Shown here: positions 12,785 to 25,322 of the stretch, one piece after another
Numbering within the stretch: the stretch's first letter is position 1
Layout: the number at the start of each line of letters is the position of its first letter
Assembly: GCA_951406725.2 (NCBI GenBank)
Contig: OX597815.1
Location: forward strand, 6,262,001 to 6,326,000
Direction: 5' to 3'
From: Octopus vulgaris
Taxonomy: Eukaryota
DNA length: 64,000 nt
Made by a program: the position numbers and the translations under genes
The notes under the pieces: model-generated
The model's input: only the letters and a program-made list of their open reading frames with translations
Told to the model about the DNA's origin: nothing
Databases searched by the model: none

Positions 12785-13274
12785 TTTATGATGGGCTTCT
12801 TTCAGTTTCCATCTACCAATTCCACTCAACAAGGTTTTGGTTGGCTCGAGACTATAATAGAAGACATTTGACCGAGGTGCCACTCTGTGGGACTGAACCT
12901 AGAACCACGTGGCTGGGAACTAAACTTGTTACCATGCAGCCATGCCTGCTTTAGGGCAGCTAATTATACAACGGGGTGGGGGGCATGCATGGGTTAAGAT
13001 GATAAACATGGAGGTAGTTGGGATAACATGAAACATGGAGACAGATGTTGTTACAGACAAACCGGAGCAGGTGGTATGGCTCTGTGAAAACCTTATGCTT
13101 CAAACCTTGTGGTTTTGGGTTCAATTCCACTGCATGGTACCTTGAGTAAGCATCTTTTACTATAACCCCAGGCTGACCAAAGCCTTGAGAGTGGATTTGC
13201 TGGAGCACCGCCTTTAGTCGAACAAATCAACCCCAGGACTTATTCTTTGTAAGCCTAGTTGTTGCTGTTGTTGT

Positions 13275-13683
13275 TTGTTTGTTTGTTGAGCGAAGCGGTC
13301 TTCATCCCCAGAGCTCGCAAGATCATGCCTCAGGATTGTCTGTAGAAGTCCGAATCGTGGTCCTTTGCTATTCGTAAGAACCGCAGAAGAGAGAGCAGGT
13401 CAAACCCCCCGACACCGAGAGCATCGACGGATGGACGAATGCAGATCCAGGCTCAGCGGTTGCGTAGGAAGTCGGGGAGGACAGGAAACAGGAAAAAAGA
13501 GTGAGAGAAAGTTGGGGCGAAAGAGTACAACAGGGGTCGCCACCATCCCCTGCCCATGCCGGAGCCTCGTGGAGCTTTAGGTGTTTTCGCTCAATAAACA
13601 CACACAACGCCCGGTCTGGGAATCGAAACCGCGATCCTCCGACCGCGATTCCGCTGCCCTAACCACTGGGCCATTGCGCCTCC

Positions 13684-13685
<2 letters not shown>
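13275..13685 (-). mobile_element. tRNA-derived SINE, head type E, tail 1
   Basis: Minus-strand head GGAGGCGCAATGGCCCAGTGGTTAGGG...GGTTTCGATTCCC, ending in (CAAA)n. Confidence 0.8.
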
Positions 13686-13716
<31 letters not shown>

Positions 13717-14257
13717 GGTAGTGGTGGTGGTGATTTGGGGTTTTTTTTTTATTGTTTCCTTGTGTGTCAGGAAGACTGCTTTGAATGATGATGACTGTGG
13801 ATGTTTGACTTTTGATATTCTCCGATTCTTCTAAACAAGTACGCTGCAATGCATGCTGGGAACACAGACTGACAGCCGTGAAGAAGAACACAAGAGAATA
13901 TTATCTTCTTTTGACAGGAGTTGAAAGTTAACCTTTCTTGACCTCCGCCCCCCCTACCCCAGAGATTGCAAAGTCACCCACCCCACCCCCCGCTTTTTTT
14001 TTTTTAAATATATCTCTGAAAAAAAAATGCATGTTGTTAGAGAGCAGCAACAACAACAACAGTACTATCAACAACTTGGTGCTCCCAATCTGACCACCAC
14101 CACTGCTGCTGCTGCTGCTACTGCTGCTCCTGCAGTAATCTCAAGAAGATGTGTTCATTAAGAATTCAATATTCTTTGCAGGTTATAGGACTTAAGTGTT
14201 GAAGAAAGTTGGGAGATAAAGAAAGATGGTAGTGATAGGGAGATGTGTCAAAAGGTG

Positions 14258-14301
<44 letters not shown>

Positions 14302-14449
14302 CGATAGGGAATCCTTGGTTTTAGGTTGCTAACTCAGGACAGACAAGTTTATTTTTGAATTCTCCCACCCCTGCCCAAGATTGTTTTGGTTTCCTTATCC
14401 ATCTCCACGGTTATAATGTACCTAAAACCAAATACTGCCTCAAGATAGA

Positions 14450-14464
14450 GACAGAGAGAAAGAA

Positions 14465-14515
<51 letters not shown>

Positions 14516-14755
14516 TAGACGGGACAGATAGACAGACAGACAGATAGATAGACAGATAGACAGACAGACAGATAGACAGACAGATAGATAGACAGATAGA
14601 CAGACAGATAGACAGACAGATAGACAGATAGATAGATAGACAGATGGACAGATAGACAGACAGACAGACAGATAGACAGACAGACAGACAGATAGACAGA
14701 CAGACAGATAGACAGACAGATAGACAGATTGACAGACAGACAGACAGATAGACTG
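14450..14755. repeat. (GA)n/(GACA)n/(GATA)n compound microsatellite
   Basis: Seen directly. Confidence 0.95.
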
Positions 14756-16057
14756 ATATTGAATCATCGTTTGCCAGAAAAACTTGATTTGGTATTGCCC
14801 ACACATAAACACACCAATTCTTTCTAATTTTGGCACAAGGCCAGCAATTTTAATGGGGGTGTGTTAGCTTATTATATTCACACCATCTCTTTACTATTCT
14901 TTTCTACTCTAGGCACAAGCCCGAAATTTCTGGGGAGCAGGGTCAGTCGATTAGATTGACCCCAGTATGCAGCTTATAGGGAAGACACTCAAGGTGCTAT
15001 GCAGTGGGATTGAAACTGCAACCATGTGGTTAGGAAGCAAACCTCTTACCACACAACCATGCCTGTATGTGTATGCGTGTGTGTGTGTATGTGTGTGCAT
15101 GTATGTGCATATGTGTGTGTATGTGTGCCTATGTATGTGTGTAAGTGTGTGTATGTATGAGTATGTGTGTGCATCTATGTGTGTGTGTGTGTGTGTGTGC
15201 GTATGTGTGCGTGTGTGTGTATGTGTGTGTGAGTATGTATGCATATATGTGTGTGTATGTATGTGGGTATGTGCTTGTGTGTGTGTGTGTGTATGTGTGC
15301 ATATGTGTGTGCATGTGTGTGTATGTATGTGGGTATGTGCTTGTGTGTATATGTGTGTGTGTATGTGTGTGCATGCGCATGTACATGTGTGTGTGTGCGT
15401 GTGTGTGTGTATGTGTGATTCAAGTAGCAATGATATCCATTATGAGTGGTAAATACCATCCCATATTCTACAAGTGTTTCTTCAACACCATTTTCCTTAC
15501 AGTCAAACTTTGGGGACCACAAAATTAATTAATTACAAACTGACACTAATTAATATTTTTTTAAACATTTTATTTTGCCAAATTAGCATTCCAAACTGAA
15601 GGTGTAAGGCATTCGAATCTCATTAGGGTCAACTCAGATAAACTGGGTCAGTGAATGAGAAGGGGTAGCATTTAGTTCTGCCACAAGATTAACCCCCACC
15701 CCGGGGTCAGGAAATATACCCAGCCCCCCTTCACCTCACCCCCTCGTTCCACCACCACCACCACCACCACCCTTGCCACTCTTCAGAAATGTCAATGATG
15801 TCAGTGTTATCCCCTTGTTGTTATGGTAACTAACATCATCTCTCTGCAACAATGAGTTCCAACAGATGGTCTTTTAATTTAGGGGCCTCTTGTACAATTC
15901 CCAATGCTGTTCACTAAAATATGTTCTTCTGTGTGTCATGTACCCCCCCCCCGCGCCCACCATCACCACCACCACAGCCATCACCACTGCCACCACCACC
16001 ACTACCGCCATCACCATCACCGCCACCATCATCACTACCACCATCACCACCACCACT

Positions 16058-16645
16058 GCTACTTAATTCATTGATCCTGAAAGGATGAAAGGCAAAGTCG
16101 AGACTTCGGTGGAATTTGAACTCAAAACGTAAAGACAGACGAAATACCTATTTCTTTACTACCCACAAGGGGCTAAACACAGAGGGGACAAACAAGGACA
16201 GAACAAACGGATTAAGTTGATTATATCGACCCCCAGTGCGTAACTGGTACTTATTTAATCGACCCCGAAAGGATGACAGGCAAAGTTGACCTCGGCGGAA
16301 TTTGAACTCAGAACAGCGGGAGACGAAATACCTATTTCTTTACTACCTAGAAGGGACTAAACACAGAGGGGACAAACAAGGACAGACATAGGTATTAAGT
16401 CGATTACATCGACCCCAGTGCGTAACTGGTACTTAATTTATCGACCCCGAAAGGATGAAAGGCAAAGTTGACTTCAGCAGAATTTGAACTCAGAATGTAA
16501 CGGCAGACGAAATACCTCTAAGCATTTCACCCGGCATGCTAATGTTTCTGCCCGCTCTCCGCCTTCATGTAAAGACAGACGAAATACCGCTCAGCATTTC
16601 GCCTGGTGCTTTAACGTTTCTGCCAGCTTGCCAGCTTGCCACCTT
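16058..16645 (-). mobile_element. Nested/tandem cluster of SINE family C copies
   Basis: Three bodies and two heads, with the junction GACGAAATACC|TATTTCTTTACTACC repeated. Confidence 0.85.
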
Positions 16646-16824
16646 GATATATATTATCAATATTGAAGTAAAACAGAATGGAGATAAAAAATGGATGTAT
16701 GAATAATTTATTTGTATGTTAAAAAATGTTGGAAATTTCTGTTAAAAAAACGTAACAGTACAAATAAATTGATTACAAGTTGTAAAGCTCGAAAAAAAAA
16801 AATTATAATGTAAAATATAATATA

Positions 16825-17222
16825 CTAGCAGTATCACCCGGCGTTGCTCGGGTTTGTAAGGGAAATAACTATATAAGCATGTTTAGAGAGTTATAGCCAA
16901 AAAATAGCAAAAAAATGCATTAAAAATGGGAAAAAAATGAGGGTAAATTTTTTTAAAAGTCGTTGACTCATCATAGACATTTTTAGAGAGTTACTTCCCT
17001 TATATAATAGCGAAAAAATGCATTAAAATGGAAAAAAATGATGGTAAATGTTTTTTTAAATCGTAGACTCATCGTAGACGCACGCTAATACCCAGAAGGG
17101 CTCGATATGAATCACGACTATAAGATACCCGGTTTTGGTTAAACTGCACCGCAAAATGTGGGAGTAGTTAGGAATCTAAATCGTAGGAGACAGACACACA
17201 ACTTATCTTTTATATATAAAGA
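16825..17222 (-). mobile_element. Non-autonomous Helitron, subfamily 2
   Basis: TC...hairpin-CTAG termini; near-identical to 4758-5146. Confidence 0.8.
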
Positions 17223-18044
17223 TATATGTGTGTGTGTATGCGTGTGTGCGTGTATGTGTGTGCGTGTGTGTGTGTGTGTGTGGTTATATATGTACATACA
17301 TACGTATGTATGTGCATACACATAAACATATAAACACATGTACATATACACTTACATATAAACCCTTGGCTGTAATAAAGAAGTATATCTATTTATTGAA
17401 TTAACAATTGGCTGAGTATTCCATAGACATGCAATCCTCAAGCTGATTCAGCATATATGAGAAGGCCAGGTCTTTGAATTTCAGATACAATCCATCCAAG
17501 GACTTCAGTACAGTTTCCATCTATGCAAATTCAGTGAAAAAGACTGGGGTCTACCCAAGTCTTTGAACATATCACGCAGTAGAATGAAATCCAGGATCTT
17601 ATAACTCTGAAGCAAACTTCTTATCTTTTCAAGCATTTATTAGTGAACGGGAACTATATGAATATTTCACTGCTGAAATACAGTTACTGAATCTATGTTA
17701 CTTTCATTATTCTCTTTGGGTATTCTGTAATGGGGCCCAGAGCTCCATTGGTCGTGACTGGAACACCTTTATCTACAGATCAAGTCTGTAAGGGGCTCAC
17801 CTAGGGCTAAACAACCTCAGCTCCAGAGAGACATGCACAAATACAGTTTGTTTATGAAGTAGCATGAGAGTGCCTCTGAGAGCAGTTAGTTTGTTATTAG
17901 ATTCTGTACAGGCACGTTTGTGTGCGGAGAAGAAAGTAATTTAGACATCAATAGCAGTGTTTATAATAATACTGACAGTTGTGGTTGGAATAAGTAGTCT
18001 CAGACAATGATGATGATGATGATGATGGTGGTGGTGATGGTAGT

Positions 18045-18092
18045 GGCGTATATATATGTGTGTGTGTTTTTGTGTATGTGTATATCTGTCTG

Positions 18093-18133
<41 letters not shown>

Positions 18134-18264
18134 ATATATATATGTGTGTGTGTGTGTGTATGTATATATCTATCTATCTATCTTTATATCTATATGTGTG
18201 TATGTATATATCTATCTATCTATCTATCTTTATATCTATATGTGTGTGTGTATGTATATATCTA

Positions 18265-18296
<32 letters not shown>

Positions 18297-18418
18297 TCAA
18301 TCTATCTTTATATCTCTATATATATGTGTGTGTGTATGTATGTATGTATCTATCTATCTGTCTGTCTATCTACCTTTATATTTATGTGTGCGTGTGTATG
18401 TATGTATGTATCTATCTA

Positions 18419-18450
<32 letters not shown>

Positions 18451-18460
18451 CCTTTATATC

Positions 18461-18491
<31 letters not shown>

Positions 18492-18630
18492 CTATCTATC
18501 TATCTATCTATCTGTCTGTCTGTCTGTCTGTCTGTCTTTATAGCTATGTGTGTGTGTATGTATGTATGTATGTATCTATCTATCTATCTGTCTGTCTGTC
18601 TGTCTCTGTGGGTGTGTTTGTGTGTGTATA
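18045..18630. repeat. Compound (TCTA)n/(TCTG)n/(TG)n microsatellite with higher-order repetition
   Basis: Recurrent TCTTTATATCTATATGTGTG blocks. Confidence 0.9.
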
Positions 18631-19013
18631 ATGTTATGCAGCAAGTGAAGCCTGAATTCCTTGTCTGTGTCCCCACCCCCCTCTCTCTCTCTGTCTTCTC
18701 CCCCCCTTCTCTTCGTCTTGCCCTCTCTCTAATCTAATTACCCAAACTAATTAAAACCTTGATAATTACTTGTTTAGTGCAGTTTTAGTTTGGACTGAAG
18801 CAACAGTTCAATGTCGTTAGTTATATAGTAGGGGAAGTAGTAATGGTGGTGGTAGTAGTAGTAGTAGTAGTAGAGGTGGTGGTGGTGGTGGTGGTGGAGA
18901 ATGGGTTGTGACTAGTGTTAAGAAACTATGTTCATGGTAGTGGTGATAGTAGTGTCAAAGTGGTGGTGGTGGTGGTGGTGGTGATAATGATGATGGCAGC
19001 AGTAGTGGTGGGT

Positions 19014-19014
<1 letters not shown>

Positions 19015-19048
<34 letters not shown>

Positions 19049-19075
19049 CGTTAGTTGTGGTGGTGGTGGTGGTGG

Positions 19076-19107
<32 letters not shown>

Positions 19108-19126
19108 CGTTATTGTGGTGGTGGTG

Positions 19127-19167
<41 letters not shown>

Positions 19168-19180
19168 CGTTATTGTGGTG

Positions 19181-19236
<56 letters not shown>

Positions 19237-19249
19237 CGTTATTGTGGTG

Positions 19250-19299
<50 letters not shown>

Positions 19300-19333
19300 C
19301 GTTATTGTGGTGGTGGTGGTGGTGGTGGTGGTA
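19015..19333. repeat. Higher-order trinucleotide repeat [(AGT)n-CGTTATTGT-(GGT)n] x5
   Basis: The linker CGTTATTGT (first copy CGTTAGTTGT) recurs five times at ~60 bp spacing. Confidence 0.9.
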
Positions 19334-19944
19334 ACAGTAGAGTCATTGTATCAACCAGCCAATCACAAGTGAGCCAAAGAGGCTTGCTAGAAATAGCAAC
19401 CAAATTTCCCCCCTTAATTACATTCTACTATATTGAAAAGAAGCAAGGACATGTTACTGCTTTGATATTGCAGTCCCATATACAATCTCTTAAGATAGTA
19501 GGGGATGGTCATGGCTGGAACACCTGACATCATAGAGGGCTGACCTGGGTCTTTTTCCTTGTTTTTATTTTAATTTTTACACATGATTTACTCAGAAGAT
19601 GAAGGTCAGGGCTATGACCCTTTTTAGGGTCCATGATGACCTGTGCAGCAGAAGTGGAGGGAGTTATTATTAGAACCAGAGACCTGGACCCAACACTTGC
19701 AACAGAGTGAACCCTTTTAAAGACAGCTGAAGGTCCACTTGGGGATGTTAAGCATATCAAAAGTACCCTCATGGACAGAAACAATTTGATGGGCTTCCTT
19801 ACAGTTTCCATATGGCAGGCTTCCACAATTCTTTTCTCTTTTACTTGTTTCAGTCCTTAGACTGTGGTCATGCTGGGGCACTGCCTTGAAGAATTTTTAG
19901 TTGAATAAATCAACTCCAGAACTTATTGTTTTGTAAAGCCTGGA

Positions 19945-20396
19945 CCAGTGGCACGTAAAAAGCACCATTCAAGCGTGGCTGATGCTGGTGCTGCCTGACT
20001 GGCCCCTATGCTGGTGGCACGTAAAAGGCACCATTTGAGCGTGGTTGATACTGGTGCTGCCTGACTGGCCCCTATGCTGGTGGCACGTAAAAAGCACCAT
20101 TTGAGCATGGTTGATGCCAGTACTACCTGCCTGGCCCTCATGCTGATGGCACGTAAAAAGCATCATTTGAGGTGGTCGATGCCGGTGTTGACTGACTGGC
20201 CCCTATGCTGGTGGCACTTAAAAAGCACCCACTACACTCTAGGAGTGGTTGGCGTTAGGAAGGGCATCCAGCTGTAGAAACTTTACCAGATCAGATTGGA
20301 GCCTGGTGTAGTAGCCTTCTGGCTTGCCAGCCCTCAGTCAAACCGTCCAACCCATACCAGCATGGAAAACGGACTTTAAACGATGATGATGATGAT
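19945..20396 (+). mobile_element. SINE-like family B with 4-5 internal ~60 bp units
   Basis: GTGGCACGTAAAAAGCACCATT units, then the AGGAAGGGCATCCAGCTG body and a (GAT)n tail. Confidence 0.85.
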
Positions 20397-20524
20397 TTAG
20401 TCTCTCTGTTTCTTTTGCTGAAGTATCAAATGACAGGGATGTAAGCAAACCAACACCAGTTTTGAAGGAGTGGTGGGGGACAAACACAGACACAATGACT
20501 CGCACACATAGATAAAAGATAAAA

Positions 20525-20669
20525 TATTAGGTTGTCCCAAAAGTTCGTAAACCCTTGCGAAAATTGAATTTTTACTCGCCAAGTACTAACAAAAACAACA
20601 AAAATTATTCCTCAAAATAAAGACCATTATTTTCCAAGACTTTCTACGAACTTTTGGGACAACCTTATA
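20525..20669 (-). mobile_element. Mariner-derived MITE (MADE-like)
   Basis: TA-flanked TIRs TTAGGTTGTCCCAAAAGTTCGTA / TACGAACTTTTGGGACAACCTTA. The internal minus strand encodes KVLENNGLYFEE*, resembling the mariner transposase C-terminus. Confidence 0.8.
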
Positions 20670-21261
20670 TAACATGCAGGGGGATTGAACTCAGGATCTG
20701 TTGGTTGCAAACGTAACTTCTCAATCGAAAGGACATAAGTAACTCATACATCCACATATCCACACATCCACAATAATCGTTTCATTATTACTTCAGATAC
20801 CACATTTGACGGATATTACAAAACTGTCATTGTTAATTAATGAAATTATTTACGCAAACCATCATCCTAATTAAAGGCATGTTGCTATGGTAACATACAA
20901 TTAATTATATCTCTGTGTATGTCCATCTTGTCATATGGATTTCATGTGATTGTAATTGGAATGAATGGATGTAAGCTGAGAACTTATTGTCCAATGAGAA
21001 GAACTTATTGAATAAAACAGAAAGTGTGTGGAGAGTCAGGAAGGTTGACTGAGGACTGGCTGGGATGTTGTATGGAGCATCACCCATTAACAGAATGCTG
21101 TACAATGTAGATCTGTGTCAACACACACACACACACACACACACACGACTCTTCCAGTTTTGCTGAATGTCAAACTAATACATCCTGTTCGTTGTTGCCT
21201 CACCTGGCGCCGTCTTCTGCGTTTTGTGCAATTTTCTACTATCATCTGGCTGACACGCGTG

Positions 21262-22163
21262 CCGCCGGTGGCATGTAAAAGGTATCATTCGAGTGTGACC
21301 GATGATGCCAGTGTCGCCTGACTGGCACCTGTGCTGGTGGTATGTAGAAACCACCATTCAAGTATGACCAATGCCATGACCTATTTCTTTATTACCCACA
21401 AGGGGCTAAACATAGAGGGGACAAACAAGGACAGACATAGGTATTAAGTCGATTACATCGACTCCAGTGCTTAACTGGTACTTAATTTATCGACCCCGAA
21501 AGGATGAAAGGCAAAGTCGACCTTGGCAGAATTTGAACTCACAACGTAATGCAGACGAAATACCGCTAAGCATTTCGCCCGGCGTGCTAACGTTTCTGCC
21601 AGCTCGCCATGACTGCTTGACTGACCCCTGTGCTGGTGGCATTTAAAAGGCAGCATTGGAGCATGGTCCATGCCAGTGCCGCCTGACTGGTACCCATGCA
21701 GGTGGCGTGTAAAAAGTACCATTCAAGCATGGTCAGTGCCAGTGCTGCCCGACTGGCACCAGGGCTGATGACATGTAGAAAACATCATTCGAGCATGACC
21801 AATGCCAGTGTCATCTGACTGGCATCTGTGCCAGTGGCATGTAAAAGGCACCATTAGATCATGGTCGATGCCAGTGCTGCCTGACTGGCACCTGTGTTGG
21901 TGGCACGTAAAAAACATCATTCGAGCATGGTCAGTGCCAGTGCCACCTAACTGGCGCCATTACCAGTGGCACATAAAGTGCACCCACTGCACTCTCGGAG
22001 TTGTTGGTGCTAGGAAAGGCATCCAGCTGTAGAAACCTTGCCAGATTAGATTGAAGCCTGGTGCAGCCTTCTGGCTTGCCAGTCCTCAGTCAACCATCCA
22101 ACCCATGCCAGCATGGAAAGCGGACATTAAATGATGATGATGATGATGATGACGATGATGATG
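21262..22163 (+). mobile_element. SINE-like family B with an expanded internal array and a family C SINE (21381-21607, minus) inserted
   Basis: About 8 diverged ~60 bp units; GCCATGAC on both sides of the nested SINE. Confidence 0.8.
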
Positions 22164-23042
22164 GTCGTTGTCGTCGCCGTCCTCGTTTAACATCCACCTT
22201 CCATGTTCACATGGGTTGGATGGTTTGGCAGGTGCCAACAAGGCAGGAGCCTGCACCCGACTTCTGTGTTTGTTTTGGCTGGGTTTTTACGGCTGGATAC
22301 CCTTCCTAACACCAGCCACCCAGCAGAATGGACTGGTTGCTTTTTACATGACACAAGCATGGGTGAGGTCAGTTTTGGTATGGTTTCTTACAGCTGGATG
22401 CCCTTCCAAATGCCAACCACTTTACAGTGTGGACTGGTTGGTTTTTACAGGGCAGCAGCATTGGCAGGTTTGCAAGACAAAGATCCTTTGAGAGGGGAAG
22501 GAGCATTGGAGGAGGGGATCTTGTGTCAGATGCTGAAAGGTTAGGGTGAGGCAGAGAGGCAGAAACAGGTGCCTTGCTGTAGAAGAGGTGCATGGTTACG
22601 TGGCCAGAGAGAGAGAAAGAGAGAGAAAGAATGATGGCAGAAAATGGGTTTGCTCTTGTAAAGGTGATGCAGGGTTACGCAGCCTGAGGGAAGAGCAGGA
22701 GAAGGAGAGAGAGAGAGAGAGTGGGAGACAGCAGGCGTGTAAGAGAGAGATGGTAGCAAAATGCTGGACATACTCACATGGGACAGGGATCAGAATATAA
22801 ATGGGATGGTCAAGTGAGAGAGAGAGAGAGAGAGAGAGTAGGAGGCAGTAAGAGTGCAAGAAAGCAGAGGAGGGAGATGGTGGCAAAGTGGCAGGCCTAC
22901 TCCCAAGCGACAGGAATCAGAATATAAATGGGATGGTTGAGTAAAGGAGGAGAGAGAGATACAGATGGTGGCAAGTGCCAGGGCATAGCCTTGAGGTAGA
23001 GAAGTCATAATATAAATAGCAGGACATTGCCAAAGAAGAGAT

Positions 23043-23414
23043 TTTAAAAATAGTAATTTTCTAATTTATAGATCAGTGTCTAGTTGTCACTTTGAAAACT
23101 ATATATTTCGAATGGGAATTTGGCAGCGCCACCTCTAGCTAAACAATTATTCTGTGCTGATGAAGAGGAATAACCCAGAAATCGCAATACCCAGATATTG
23201 TTTTGGACTGAGTGGGGGTGCTAGGTTCCCTTGTTCAAAAATATAAGGACACAGATTGTGTCGTATAGCCAGCTGGGGATGATGTCTCCTGGGGCTAAAT
23301 TACAGCAACATTCGTCCTAAACCAGGACTGCCATGTTATGTTGGCAAACAATCTTTACTCCAAAGTACTTTTCCTGAATATCTCTCGTTGTGAAATTTAA
23401 AAATAGTAATTTTC
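23043..23414 (+). mobile_element. Hammerhead-containing dispersed repeat (retrozyme-like monomer)
   Basis: 19 bp direct terminal repeat TTTAAAAATAGTAATTTTC, 353 bp apart. Internal TCTGTG-CTGATGA-agaggaataaccca-GAAA-TCGCAA-TA-CCCAGA at 23151-23195. Homologous to 42275-42553. Confidence 0.55.
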
Positions 23415-23463
23415 GAAAATGTACTTGTGTATTAAATATGGTAGTAATAATAATAATAACACC

Positions 23464-23498
<35 letters not shown>

Positions 23499-23920
23499 TA
23501 ATAATAATAATAACAATAATAATGATAATAATAATAACAATAATAATATTTTCTACTATAGGCGCAAGGCCCGAAACCTTGGGTGGGGGAGGGGTGCTAG
23601 TTGATAACATTGAGCCCCGTGTGAAACTGGTACTTAATTTATCAACCTCATAAAGACGAAAGGCAAAGTCAGCACTGGCAGAATTTGAACTCAGAACGTG
23701 AAGACAGACAATATGCTGCTAAGCATTTTGCCACTTCAGTGCACAGTGTCTGGTTGTATATTTAAGAAATGGTTTCCCCTGATATCATTCCTTTTGCTCG
23801 TTTGGTGTTCAGGAAACAACAGTTCCCTCTAGAATCAACAGCTAAGTTTTTATCCTCATTCAAAAATGTGACTTAGTCAATGACCCTAAATTTCCCTTCC
23901 TTAACTCTTGTGTGTATATA

Positions 23921-24182
23921 TCATCATCATCCTCATCGTTTAACGTCCGTTTTCCATGCTGGCATGGGTTGGACAGTTCGACCGGGGTCTGGGAAGCCAG
24001 GAGGCTGCACCAGGCTCCAGTCTGATCTGGCAGTGTTTCTACGGCTGGATGCCCTTCTTAACGCCAACCACTCCGTGAGTGTAGTGGGTGCTTTTTACGT
24101 GCCACCGGCACAGGTGCCAGGGGAGTCTGGCAGTGGCCACAATCGGTTGGTGCTTTTTACGTGCCACTGGCACAGAAGCCAG
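23921..24182 (-). mobile_element. SINE-like family B
   Basis: Conserved family B body. Confidence 0.85.
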
Positions 24183-24400
24183 TGTATATATATAAAATAA
24201 TAATATAAATAATATATATATTGGGGTGGCGTTTAAGAGATGTTCCTGTAAAAGACTGCGTGTCTAAGGAACGTTGAACACACCTCATGAAACACGTGTC
24301 GCAGAGAAATTTAGAAATGATTAGTATTAAAATAAAATTCTATGATATGGTGTGATGTATATTAGGATTTGATGAATTGCATGGGACCTCTATCACTAAA

Positions 24401-24796
24401 TCTCTCTATATATATAAAGCTGAAGTTGTCTGTGTATGGCAGGTTTTGGTAGCCTTCAACTAACACAATCTCCTCTGAGACCCTGCAGCGCAAGTTGACC
24501 AAAATTGAGAGTATGATAGAAGAAGGCTTGCTCTTCCTTCCGTAGAAGAAAAAATTCAAATCGAACCATGTTAACACCAAAAATTATTTACATTAAAAAG
24601 GTGCTTATTTTTCTATGAAAATCCCTATATTTCACGATTCTTTGACTGCTGTGTTGCCATTTTTCGGTGTATTTCAACCAGAAAAATGTTCATTTAAAGA
24701 GAATAACAAGCTACATAATGCAAAATTTTTACTTTTCAAAAATTCCAATTCTAAAGGGTCGAAACAAACCCGAGCAACGCCAGGCGATACTGCTAG
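24401..24796 (+). mobile_element. Non-autonomous Helitron, subfamily 1, uninterrupted
   Basis: A|TCTCTCTATATATATAAAG ... CCCGAGCAACGCCAGG-CGATACTG-CTAG|T: AT insertion site with no TSD. Confidence 0.85.
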
Positions 24797-24910
24797 TAAT
24801 ATATATTTTCCTTATCAACAATAATTCATTTTATTTGAATCCCTGTGATGCTGGGAATTTTTTATTCCCTAATAAATAAAATAATCTATATATAAAAGAT
24901 ATATATATTA

Positions 24911-25322
24911 GGTGCAGGAGTGGCTGTGTGATAAGTAGCTTGCTAACCAACCACATGGTTCCGGGTTCAGTCCCACTGCGTGGCATCTTGGGTAAGTGTC
25001 TTCTGCTATAGCCTCGGGCCGATCAAAGGCTTGTGAGTGGATTAGGTAGATGGAAACTGAAAGAAGCCTGTCATATATATGTATATATATATGTATGTGT
25101 ATGTATAGGTTTGTGTGTCTGCGTTTGTCCCCCCTAGCATTGCTTGACAACCGATGCTGGTGTGTTTACATCCTCGTCACTTAGCGGTTCGGCAAAAGAG
25201 ACTGATAGAATAAGTACTGGGCTTACAAAGAATAAGTCCTGGGGTCGATTTGCTCGACTAAAGGCGGTGCTCCAGCATGGCCGCAGTCAAATGACTGAAA
25301 CAAGTAAAAGAGTAAAAGAGTA
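24911..25322 (+). mobile_element. SINE family A, full length
   Basis: Head through AAAGAGTAAAAGAG tail. Confidence 0.9.

Noticed and set aside
13610-13685. tRNA genes at SINE heads (also 11392, 12285 and 58865)
   Set aside because: A/B-box-like motifs run straight into SINE bodies, and I could not build a complete cloverleaf with an acceptor stem.
24270-24305. Further hammerhead (GAAACACGTGTC-GCAG)
   Set aside because: Only the 3' half is present and there is no CTGANGA box after the matching CTGC; at best a decayed remnant.
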